Assembly (NCBI GenBank): GCA_938049795.1
Contig: CALLCD010000186.1
Coordinates: 1 to 51,579 of the forward strand
Direction of reading: 5' to 3'
DNA from: an uncultured Hyphomonadaceae bacterium
GTDB taxonomy: Bacteria > Pseudomonadota > Alphaproteobacteria > Caulobacterales > Hyphomonadaceae
Length of the DNA stretch: 51,579 nucleotides
Shown here: one piece after another, positions 9,628-18,222 of the stretch
How positions within the stretch are numbered: position 1 is the first letter of the stretch
Layout of the letters: every line of letters begins with the position of its first letter
The notes under the pieces: generated by a model
Told to the model about the DNA's origin: nothing
Databases searched by the model: none
The model's input: the letters and a program-made list of their open reading frames with translations, nothing else
Program-made: the position numbers and the translations under genes

Positions 9628-10569
9628 ATGTCTGACCTGAATATCCTAATAGCCACCCACAATGGCGGCGAAGTCCTCGGGCGCACCCTCGCGGGATACG
9701 CAGCGCTCGACACACAAAGTACAGATTACAAACTCATCATAGTTGACAATGCATCCACAGATAACACGCAGGATATTATCACGCAATTTGCCGGTCAGCT
9801 TAATATACATTCGATATATGAACCCAGCCCGGGTAAAAACACCGCAATGAATACGGGGTTGGCAGCAATAGACAGCAACATCATCATCATGTCAGACGAT
9901 GATTCTATTCCGCATCAGGGGTTTTTCGAGCAATGGGTGGAGGCCTTCGAGCGCATGCCGGACATCGACCTGTTTGGCGGTGCGATCATCCCTTTATTTG
10001 ATGTAGAGCCCGCCGCTTGGATAATGGAGCGGCAATCGCGCTTTGAGGAACTCTACGCACAGCGGCAGAACATCCCCGCCGGCCCAATTAGTCCAGATAG
10101 GATTTATGGACCCAACATGGCAATGCGCGCCAAGGTCACACAATCCGGCCTAAAATTTGATGACCGCATCGGCCCCAACGCAACGCGCAAGAAAAGCTAT
10201 GCGATGGGCAGCGAAACAGCCTTTCTCCGAGAGGCCGTCCGCGCTGGCTTTCAAACCGGATTCGCCCCCGCCCCAACCGTCTCCCACATCGTCCGCCCCG
10301 CACATATCCAACCAGACTACATCAACGGCCGAGCCTACCGAATGGGACGCGGCACAGCATTCAAACATTGCCAGGACGGCACATTCACCTTACGTTACCA
10401 TCCAGCGCCTTTGCGCATAGCCGGCAAGTTAAAACGGGCTTTGAAGGGCCAGATCAAGCAATTCCGAACGAGATTCGGCACAGACGAACAACGCTTCGAG
10501 GCGCGATGGGATGCCAATTTTTACCGCGGGTATCAGGATGAAATCGCCGAAAGAAAAGCCCGGCAATAA
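9628..10569 (+). CDS. Family 2 glycosyltransferase
   Basis: MSDLNILIATHNGGEVLGRTL...LIIVDNASTDNT...IIMSDDDSIP. The start ATG at 9628 lies 4 nt after the previous stop. The longer track ORF (9349) overlaps the preceding gene and is rejected. The N-terminal half is visibly more AT-rich than neighbouring genes. Confidence 0.8.
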   Translation: MSDLNILIATHNGGEVLGRTLAGYAALDTQSTDYKLIIVDNASTDNTQDIITQFAGQLNIHSIYEPSPGKNTAMNTGLAAIDSNIIIMSDDDSIPHQGFFEQWVEAFERMPDIDLFGGAIIPLFDVEPAAWIMERQSRFEELYAQRQNIPAGPISPDRIYGPNMAMRAKVTQSGLKFDDRIGPNATRKKSYAMGSETAFLREAVRAGFQTGFAPAPTVSHIVRPAHIQPDYINGRAYRMGRGTAFKHCQDGTFTLRYHPAPLRIAGKLKRALKGQIKQFRTRFGTDEQRFEARWDANFYRGYQDEIAERKARQ

Positions 10570-10719
10570 AGCAACTGAAAATTGATATTATTTCCAGAAA
10601 GGCCTGCAACCGTTTTGACTTCGAAACGATTGGCCTTATGGTCATCTGGTCCTGAACTTGCTTATAAGTACCCACGATGACGTGCCCAAGATTTGTAATG
10701 ACAGAGCCGGACAAAAAGA

Positions 10720-11634
10720 TTGCGTAGAGAACTGGATCAGTTGAGGCGATATACGTATGAAACGCGGCGCAAGCTGTCGGCCCGTTTCTATGCCAGCTAT
10801 GATGCCACCCTCGCCCGGTTCAAAAGCGGCCGCGATCGTTTGACCGGCGGACCAGCCAGCGCGGCTGCACATCGCACCCCTGAGCGCAAGAGCGCCGCCT
10901 CCAAAGCCATCCCCGAAAGCTCCGTGCCAGAGGGCATCTGCATCTACGCTTTTGGAGATATTCATGGCCGGGCTGATCTGCTGGAACGATTGTTCGACAC
11001 GGTCGAAGCCGACATTGCCGAACACGCCAGCGACCAGAAGATCCTACTGATCTTTCTTGGTGACTATATTGATCGGGGCTTTCAGTCGCGCGACGTTATC
11101 GACTTCCTTCTGTCGGACCGCGTAACCAAATACCAGTGCATCTATCTGAAGGGCAATCATGAGGAAGCCCTGCTGAAATTTATGAGTGATCCGACATTTG
11201 GTCCCCGCTGGGCCGGATATGGCGGACTGGAAACGTTGACATCCTACAGCGTCAGGCCCCCGCGCATCCGTACGGTTGGCGAGGAATGGACCCAGGCCTG
11301 CGACAGCCTGAACGAGGTCATGCCACCCGAACACCGCAGCTTCTTCAAAGCACTGGAAGTCTCCGCAACGATCGGCGATTATGTGTTCGTCCATGCCGGA
11401 TTAAGACCGGGCAAATCGCTTGAGGATCAGGTCGAACAAGACGCCCTGTGGATCCGCGACGAGTTTCTGAATGATGACTCCAGTTTCGGCGTCATTGTCG
11501 TTCACGGCCACACACCGATCTCTGCGCCCCACCGTGACTTTCGCCGCATCGGCATCGACACGGGTGCCTATCTCAGCGGCAAACTGACAGCGGCATGCTT
11601 CATGCGTAGTGACGTCAGGTTCATATCAACATAG
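10720..11634 (+). CDS. PPP-family metallophosphoesterase (PrpA/PrpB/ApaH-like Ser/Thr(/Tyr) protein phosphatase)
   Basis: All PPP signature blocks are present: GDIHGR, GDYIDRG, GNHE, VHAG and HGHT. The start is uncertain. It is either the TTG at 10720 or an in-frame GTG at 10924, just before the catalytic core. The stop lies 16-46 nt before the OPX gene. Confidence 0.85.
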   Translation: MRRELDQLRRYTYETRRKLSARFYASYDATLARFKSGRDRLTGGPASAAAHRTPERKSAASKAIPESSVPEGICIYAFGDIHGRADLLERLFDTVEADIAEHASDQKILLIFLGDYIDRGFQSRDVIDFLLSDRVTKYQCIYLKGNHEEALLKFMSDPTFGPRWAGYGGLETLTSYSVRPPRIRTVGEEWTQACDSLNEVMPPEHRSFFKALEVSATIGDYVFVHAGLRPGKSLEDQVEQDALWIRDEFLNDDSSFGVIVVHGHTPISAPHRDFRRIGIDTGAYLSGKLTAACFMRSDVRFIST

Positions 11635-11680
11635 ACTGTCCTGACCGGTAATGGGACAGAAAAGACGAAAGGGTCTGAAA

Positions 11681-12280
11681 ATGACGATACGGAGATGGTT
11701 TCTGATCTTGTCGAGCGCAATATTATTTGGCTGGGTGGTCGGTTGTCAGACCGCCACAACGCGAACGGCAGAAGCACCTGCCCCGCAGGTCCAGACACAG
11801 ACCTCGGCAACCTCAAACCTTGCATATAATCTTGGCAATGGCGACCGTTTGCGCGTCACCGTTTTCGGCGAGGAAGACATGTCCGGCGAATTTCTCGTCG
11901 ATGGCACAGGTCAAGTCTCGATCCCGCTTGTGGGCGAAGTGCCCGCAGCAGGCCGGTCGGTTCGTGACTTCCAGCGCAATCTGGAAACCCGGCTTGTCGA
12001 CGGCGGCATTCTGCTGAACCCACGCGTCAGCGCAGAAGTGATCAATTTCCGCCCCTACTATATTCTAGGTGAGGTTGGGCTGCCCGGCGAATATCCCTAC
12101 ACGGACTCGCTCACAGTGCTCAACGCAGTTGCCACGGCACAAGGGTTTTCCTACCGCGCCAACAAGAAAACCATCGGCATTCGCGGCATTGACGACTCAG
12201 AAGAACAGAGAGTGCGCCTAACCCCGGACCTCAAAGTTCGCCCAGGCGACACAATCCGCGTTCTTGAGCGGGTCTTCTAG
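11681..12280 (+). CDS. Short outer-membrane polysaccharide export (OPX, Wza/ExoF-like) lipoprotein
   Basis: Lipoprotein-type signal MTIRRWFLILSSAILFGWVVGC. A Poly_export-like block follows: GNGDRLRVTVFGEEDMSGEFLVDGTGQVSIPLVGEVPAAG. Then comes one SLBB-like segment ending RPGDTIRVLERVF. The protein is only about 199 aa. The track ORF starts at 11651. Confidence 0.85.
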   Translation: MTIRRWFLILSSAILFGWVVGCQTATTRTAEAPAPQVQTQTSATSNLAYNLGNGDRLRVTVFGEEDMSGEFLVDGTGQVSIPLVGEVPAAGRSVRDFQRNLETRLVDGGILLNPRVSAEVINFRPYYILGEVGLPGEYPYTDSLTVLNAVATAQGFSYRANKKTIGIRGIDDSEEQRVRLTPDLKVRPGDTIRVLERVF

Positions 12281-12306
12281 GCCCGAAAAGACAACCGAAG
12301 ACATTT

Positions 12307-12346
12307 GGCAACTCCGTGCCCAAAAGCGCGGAGTTGCCTTTTTTTT
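12307..12346 (+). terminator. Strong rho-independent terminator after the OPX gene
   Basis: GGCAACTCCG (12307-12316) pairs with CGGAGTTGCC (12329-12338). An 8-T run follows at 12339-12346. Confidence 0.8.
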
Positions 12347-12670
12347 CGAGCAGGACAGTCGATGACGCGATCAAACTGGGACAGTCGGGCGAGCCGTAGC
12401 TGGCATTGTCTTGAGGATACGCCACACCGCAATTCATAGGGCAAGTTGGACTTTCAACAGTCACGAGCATGGTCTACTGCGTTGCTGGAATTGACTAATT
12501 CGTATAAAACTGTGCTGATATCGCCCGCGATAAGGTTAAAGATCTAGGTCAATTATTTAAACAACTGGCCCTTTGCGTATCTATCTGTTGACCCGATTTT
12601 TATTTTGTCGCGCCATATTTCGGTACCGATTGTGAGCCACCTAAGCGGTGTCACTCAGGATGGAATCCGA

Positions 12671-12706
12671 TGTAGACTGGCATTAAACTTGCTACTCCGG
12701 TCTACA
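12671..12706 (+). promoter_or_regulatory. Inverted repeat / 5' leader hairpin upstream of the beta-barrel-wzc operon
   Basis: TGTAGACTGG (12671-12680) and CCGGTCTACA (12697-12706) form a 10-bp stem with one G-U pair when read as RNA. It lies about 50 nt upstream of the ATG at 12757, inside a roughly 410-bp AT-rich region. Confidence 0.3.
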
Positions 12707-12756
12707 GTAACTTTTGTATTTTCGCCATTAGGCATAGGGATCAGGGAACGTGTATC

Positions 12757-14025
12757 ATGTTAGGACTTAGAGCTGCAGCACTCGTAGGGGTCGGTCTTGC
12801 TGCACTGACAGCACAATCAGCAACCGCGCAGGAATTTTTCAAGCGCGACCGGAATGTCGGCGTTTTGGAGCGGCCACAGCCGGAATTTGATCCGGAGCCG
12901 GTTCGCTTGGGCGCAATTGATGCACGGCCTTCGCTTGGTCTTGGCGGATACTATATAGACAATGTGTTTGCGACCGCAGACAATGAAGCCAGCGATTTCG
13001 CTTTTACCATCCGTCCCGAAGTTGACTTGCGGACCACATGGTCACGTCACGAACTGGGGGCAAACGCCGGCGTCGAGCATTTCGAGTTTATCGACGAAAG
13101 CTCCGAGAGCGTAACCAATTTCAATGGTGGTGTGCGCGGACGTCTTGATGTCACCCGCGACTTCAGCGTTACGGGCTTCGGCTTTGGCCGTCGGCGGCAT
13201 GAGCAGCGCACGCAGATCTCTATTCTGGACGAGTTCGGTGAGCCGGTCCGCGTCAACGAGTTTGGCGGCGGCATCAATGGCACCTATGAGCGCGACCGGA
13301 TCCAGCTGCGGCTTGGATATGATTTGCGCGACCAGAACTTCCGCGATGTTGAAACCACAACAATTGGCGATATTGATCAGGACTTCCGCGACAATCTGCG
13401 CCACACGGTCACAGGCCGGGCCGCTTATGCCGTAACGCGCGACTTCGCCGTGTTCACACAGGCCAGCTATTTCACCCGCGACTTTGACAACCTCACTCCG
13501 CTGCCTGGCGGTGTTCTGGCGAGCCGCGACTCCGATGGCTTTACGGTACAAGGCGGCATCAACTTTGAACTCGCAGCCCCCTTCCGAGGCGACATTGCGG
13601 TCGGCTATCTCGAAGAAAACCGCGACTCTCCCCTCTTTGCCGATATTTCCGGCCTGAGCGTGGATGGTCGTTTGCAATGGTTCCCAACCCGTCTAACGAC
13701 ACTTACGCTGACCGGATCTCGCCGGACAACAGATGTCGGTCTGATCGAAGCGGCTGCGGCCACCTCCAACAGCGCCAATCTGCGGGTCGATCATGAATTG
13801 CGCCGCAACTTTACGGTCTATGCCGATGGCGGTCTGTTCGACACCGAGTTTGAAGATTTCGACCGCGATGACACCTTCTTCGATGTCGGCTTTGGTGGCA
13901 TCTACAAATTCAACAAGCGCATCCACCTTGAAGCGTTCTACCGTTACACCAATCGTGACTCCTCGATCCTAACCGAAGAGTTCAACCAGAACATCGTTGG
14001 ATTTGAGCTACGGTTCCACCCGTAG
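12757..14025 (+). CDS. Outer-membrane beta-barrel protein (polysaccharide-export-associated porin candidate)
   Basis: Signal peptide MLGLRAAALVGVGLAALTAQSATA|QE. The body shows alternating amphipathic strands rich in Y/F/G/R/D. The C-terminus is ...VGFELRFHP, with an aromatic residue near the end. Confidence 0.75.
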   Translation: MLGLRAAALVGVGLAALTAQSATAQEFFKRDRNVGVLERPQPEFDPEPVRLGAIDARPSLGLGGYYIDNVFATADNEASDFAFTIRPEVDLRTTWSRHELGANAGVEHFEFIDESSESVTNFNGGVRGRLDVTRDFSVTGFGFGRRRHEQRTQISILDEFGEPVRVNEFGGGINGTYERDRIQLRLGYDLRDQNFRDVETTTIGDIDQDFRDNLRHTVTGRAAYAVTRDFAVFTQASYFTRDFDNLTPLPGGVLASRDSDGFTVQGGINFELAAPFRGDIAVGYLEENRDSPLFADISGLSVDGRLQWFPTRLTTLTLTGSRRTTDVGLIEAAAATSNSANLRVDHELRRNFTVYADGGLFDTEFEDFDRDDTFFDVGFGGIYKFNKRIHLEAFYRYTNRDSSILTEEFNQNIVGFELRFHP

Positions 14026-14076
14026 GTCAAACACCTTTCATAGAGTATATTAGAGTACAGTCCGGAGACCGGTTTC

Positions 14077-16347
14077 GTGAACAAAGCTTACCCCCCAATC
14101 GATATTGCATCGACCTATCCAAGCTATGGCCCGCCGATTGTCGCGAAAGAAGACGCGCTGATCGACATTCAGAAACTGCTCCAGATTGTGCGGCGTCGTT
14201 TCTGGATCATGCTCCTGGTCTTCGTCCTGACGGTGGCAGCTGTCACAGCTCTCACCGTCCGGATGACGCCGGTCTATACAACAAGCACACGCGTCATTGT
14301 TGACAGTCGTGACACCCAGATCGTCGAAGGCTTCCGCGAAGGGATCAGCACGACGACCGCCGCCATCGACACCGAAGTACAGGTCATCCGTAGCCGGACA
14401 CTCCTTTCGAAAGTTGTCGAACGGCTACAATTGCAGACCTTGCCGGAGTTCAACCCGTCGCTCTGGAATGATCCGGATGCCAAGCCCGGCATGGTGGATC
14501 GGGTCAAGGGCTTTATCAAAGGCATCTTACCCGGCGGCTCGGATGATGCGAGCGCAGCCCCCGCCGAGACAGAAGAAGAAAAAGCCGAGCGGGAATTTCA
14601 GACAGCGGTCAGTATGCTGAGCAACAAGGTCAATGTGACCCGTGTTGGCGCAACCTATATTATCGATATTCTGGCCACCAGCGAAAGCCCGACCCTCGCC
14701 GCGCAAATTGCCGACACGGTGGCCACCGAATATGAAGTTGACCAGCTCAACGCCAAATTCGAAGCGAACAAGCGCGAAACCGGCTTCCTTGAGGAAAAAC
14801 TCAGCGCCCTGCGCGAAGAAGTCCGACAGGCTGAAAGCGCGGTCACCGCCTATATGATTGCCTACAATTTGACCGACGCAGACGGAATTTCGATTGCCGA
14901 ACAGGAGATCACCCGCGTCACCACCGATCTGACCAATGCCGAAGCCGAACTGGCCGCAGCACAGGCCCGGCTCAACAATGTTCGCTCGACCCTCGCCCGC
15001 GGCGGCAGCACGGACAGCGTCGCCGAAGTGCTGGGCTCTGCCGTCATCGGCGAACTGCGTCGTCAACAGGCCGAGATCGCGCGCCAATATGCCGAGCTTA
15101 GAACCCGCTATGGCGAGCGTCACCCTGAAATTCTGCGGATCCGGAGCGAAGCGGCTGATGTCGACGCCCAGATCGCCGCCGAAATGGGCCGGATCGTCTC
15201 AAGCCTTGAAGGCGAAGTGGACGTTGCCGAAAGCCGCGTGCGTAGCCTCCGCGCCAATCAAGGCCGCAACCGCTCAATTCTGGCACAAAACAACCGCGCT
15301 CGCGTTGGCCTTGGCGAGCTTGAGCGCGAAGCGGAATCCAAGCGTCTGGTCTATCAGCGCTATCTGGAAACCAATAATGAGCAGGGCTCGTCCGAGAAAT
15401 ACGCCCAGGCAGATGCCCGCATCCTGTCAGCGGCCGCCATCCCATCCTCGCCAAGCTTCCCGCGCACCAAGCTGAACATTGCCCTCGGCATGATCCTTGG
15501 CGGCATGTTGGCAGCCGGCCTCGCCCTGCTTGCCGAATTGCTGGACAATTACTTCAGCACACCAGAAGACATCGAGCGCATGTTCGGGCAGTCCTCCATC
15601 GGCTCCATCCCGCTTCTGACCAAGCTCAAAAGCTTTGGCAAGAAAGAGATCACACCGGCGGACTATCTCATCGCCAACCCGCTCTCCGCCTTTGCTGAAA
15701 GCGTGCGCAACCTGCGGGCCTCGATCATCTTTGCCGATCTCGACAAAGAGTCCAAGACAGTCTCGATCACCTCATCCCTCCCCGATGAAGGGAAGACCTC
15801 GATGACGTATTGCCTCGGTCGCATGTCCGCCATGTCCGGCGCGCGGACAATCATCATTGATGGTGACTTCCGTCGCCGCCAATTGACCGAAGTGATCGGC
15901 TTTGAACCAGAGCGCGGCTTTATCGAACACTTGTTCGGCGAGGTCACCCTCGAAGAAGCCACCTATATTGACGAGCAGACAGGGCTGCACATTCTGCCGC
16001 TCACCAATGCCCGCAACACCCCGCGTGATGTGTTCGGTTCGAAAGCCTTCGACACACTGATCGAAAGCCTGAAAGACAGCTATGATCTGATCGTCATTGA
16101 TACGGGTCCGATCCTTCTGATGGCTGAAAGCCGCGTGGTCGCCAGCAAGACCGATCAGGTCATCGTAGTCGCCAAATGGCGCTCGACAAGCCGCTGGACG
16201 GTACAGGAAACTCTGAAAATCCTGACCGACTTCAATGCGAACATTGCCGGGATTGCCATGACATTTGTGGACATGTCCAAGCGCAAAAAGCACGGCTATG
16301 GCGGAGCCAATTACGACTCCTACAGCAAATACTACACATCAAGCTAG
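14077..16347 (+). CDS. Polysaccharide co-polymerase / BY-kinase (Wzc/ExoP/GumC-type)
   Basis: 756-aa ORF with a GTG start after GGAGA. It has an N-terminal TM segment, a long coiled-coil periplasmic region and a second TM segment. The C-terminal P-loop domain has Walker A SLPDEGKTS, Walker A' IIIDGDFRRR and Walker B LIVIDTGP. The tail is tyrosine-rich: HGYGGANYDSYSKYYTSS. Confidence 0.9.
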   Translation: MNKAYPPIDIASTYPSYGPPIVAKEDALIDIQKLLQIVRRRFWIMLLVFVLTVAAVTALTVRMTPVYTTSTRVIVDSRDTQIVEGFREGISTTTAAIDTEVQVIRSRTLLSKVVERLQLQTLPEFNPSLWNDPDAKPGMVDRVKGFIKGILPGGSDDASAAPAETEEEKAEREFQTAVSMLSNKVNVTRVGATYIIDILATSESPTLAAQIADTVATEYEVDQLNAKFEANKRETGFLEEKLSALREEVRQAESAVTAYMIAYNLTDADGISIAEQEITRVTTDLTNAEAELAAAQARLNNVRSTLARGGSTDSVAEVLGSAVIGELRRQQAEIARQYAELRTRYGERHPEILRIRSEAADVDAQIAAEMGRIVSSLEGEVDVAESRVRSLRANQGRNRSILAQNNRARVGLGELEREAESKRLVYQRYLETNNEQGSSEKYAQADARILSAAAIPSSPSFPRTKLNIALGMILGGMLAAGLALLAELLDNYFSTPEDIERMFGQSSIGSIPLLTKLKSFGKKEITPADYLIANPLSAFAESVRNLRASIIFADLDKESKTVSITSSLPDEGKTSMTYCLGRMSAMSGARTIIIDGDFRRRQLTEVIGFEPERGFIEHLFGEVTLEEATYIDEQTGLHILPLTNARNTPRDVFGSKAFDTLIESLKDSYDLIVIDTGPILLMAESRVVASKTDQVIVVAKWRSTSRWTVQETLKILTDFNANIAGIAMTFVDMSKRKKHGYGGANYDSYSKYYTSS

Positions 16348-16386
16348 GCCAAAGAAAAAGCCTGTAAACACAATAGAACGACATCG

Positions 16387-16423
16387 AATCCGGCTTCCGC
16401 AACTGCAGAAGCCGGATTTTGTT
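16387..16423 (+). terminator. Rho-independent terminator after wzc-like gene
   Basis: AATCCGGCTTC (16387-16397) pairs with GAAGCCGGATT (16408-16418). The stem runs into TTTTGTT. Confidence 0.7.
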
Positions 16424-16603
16424 CGGGAAGAGTTCATCTGGACACTTGTCTAACTCTCTTTAGCAAGATGAACGGACCTGCTACTGTTATTATTGAGATT
16501 TTGGGGAAACCAGGAAATTACATTCAAACCCTCAGGCTGGCATTGAACTGGCAAGAGAGCAGCAATTCGGCATTGCCATTGGGACGGGATTTTTCACAGG
16601 CTT

Positions 16604-18133
16604 ATGACGCAAGACACACACACCTTGGGCAGTGACGGCTCCAACCGCGAAACTGATGGCACGCTCGGGCGCGCCTTCAGCTCTGCGGTAAGCTGGAATG
16701 TGGCCGAGATGCTGGTGGCCCAGCTTGTGACTGTGGGCCTCTATTTCTTTCTCGCCACACAAATCCCGCTCGAAGTTTTCGGTGTCTTCTTTGTCGCCGC
16801 CATCCTCGCCGACTTTATATATTTCCAAGGACGCTCCTCCTCGGTTGATGCCATTATGCAGACTAAGGACTTCTCGCAAGAGAACCTGTCATCCGCCTTC
16901 TGGGCCATGCTAGGATCAGTCATCATAATGGGTTTAGGGATCTGCTTGATCAGCCCCCTCTTCGCCTGGGTACAGGGCAACAAGGCTTTCCTCCTATTCA
17001 TGCCCGCGCTCGCACTGACGCTGTTGCCACTTCCCCTCGGAGTGCCCGCGCAAGCCAAGCTTAATCACATACTCGACTTCAAAGGCATTGCCGCACGCGG
17101 GATCACCGCCTCTCTGGCCGGCGGCATCGCAGCTGTGATGGTTGTCTTGTTTACCTCTTTTCCGGAATGGGCGCTCGTCGTACAAAGGGCGGTCAGCACG
17201 ATCTGTTCGGTCGTCTTCCTCGTCTGGCGCGCCAAATGGCTGCCAAGTTTCAAGCTCAAAGCCGGTTTGGCCCGCCGCTTCCTTTCTGATGTCAGCCGCA
17301 TCTTTTTTGCTCAGGGGCTGCATGCCTCGATCCCGCGTATCCTTATCTTCATGATCGGCATTGCATTCGGTCAAGCCGCCGTCGGTGCCTTTGAATGGGC
17401 GCGCCGACTGGCCGAGATGATCTATGGCGCTGTTGCGGCACCGATGGGATCGCTTTGGGTCATTATGTTCAGCCGCTCTGATATGAACACCACCGAGCGA
17501 CAGGAATTGTTCGGACGCCTGACGACCATGTGCGCCCTGATCTGCCTGCCACTGTTTGCGGGCCTGGCTCTGGTATCCTACGATATTATCGAGCTGATGC
17601 TCCCCGACAGCTATGCCGGCGTGGCACCCCTTCTGATGATTTTGAGCTGTATCGGCCTGCTCGCACCGCTATTCTACTTTCGCAATGCCGCGTTCACCGC
17701 GCTCCAGAAGCTCAACTTTCTCGTCGGCCTGGCCATAGTCGATGTCCTTGTCGTCACAGTGATATCTGTGCTGACCATTTTTGTCCTCAAGCTGCGGCTT
17801 GAATATGTGATGCTGGCAATCCTGGCGCAACAGATCGTCACGATTGCCCTCTTCCTGCCAACCCTTTTGACAGCGATGGAATCCTCGCTTGGCAGGATGG
17901 TCATAGCCATCGCGCCGGGCTATGTCGGAACGCTCGCAATGGCGCTTTCGGTGCTCATTGTCACCGGACTGGTCATAGACTTGCCGGTGCTTGCACAACT
18001 GATCGCAAAGATTGCGACCGGCGCGATTGTCTATGCGATTTTCCTGATCTGTTTCCATCGGAACTGGCTGATCTCGGCAGCCGAAATGTTGCTCCCTCGA
18101 TTGAATTCGGACCAAGTTGGACAAGCGGCATAG
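16604..18133 (+). CDS. Second MOP-family oligosaccharide flippase-like membrane protein (ExoT/Wzx-like)
   Basis: 509-aa ORF with about 14 hydrophobic helices. The N-terminal block GRAFSSAVSWNVAEMLVAQLVTVGLYFFLATQIPLEVFG resembles polysaccharide-biosynthesis flippases. Confidence 0.7.
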   Translation: MTQDTHTLGSDGSNRETDGTLGRAFSSAVSWNVAEMLVAQLVTVGLYFFLATQIPLEVFGVFFVAAILADFIYFQGRSSSVDAIMQTKDFSQENLSSAFWAMLGSVIIMGLGICLISPLFAWVQGNKAFLLFMPALALTLLPLPLGVPAQAKLNHILDFKGIAARGITASLAGGIAAVMVVLFTSFPEWALVVQRAVSTICSVVFLVWRAKWLPSFKLKAGLARRFLSDVSRIFFAQGLHASIPRILIFMIGIAFGQAAVGAFEWARRLAEMIYGAVAAPMGSLWVIMFSRSDMNTTERQELFGRLTTMCALICLPLFAGLALVSYDIIELMLPDSYAGVAPLLMILSCIGLLAPLFYFRNAAFTALQKLNFLVGLAIVDVLVVTVISVLTIFVLKLRLEYVMLAILAQQIVTIALFLPTLLTAMESSLGRMVIAIAPGYVGTLAMALSVLIVTGLVIDLPVLAQLIAKIATGAIVYAIFLICFHRNWLISAAEMLLPRLNSDQVGQAA

Positions 18134-18222
18134 TTTGGCGCAACACTTGCTTCGGATTTCAGTGTTAGAGACTTTGGCGATAAACAGGCCTCAACACGTA
18201 TCAGTCAAAAGGAAACGGCATT

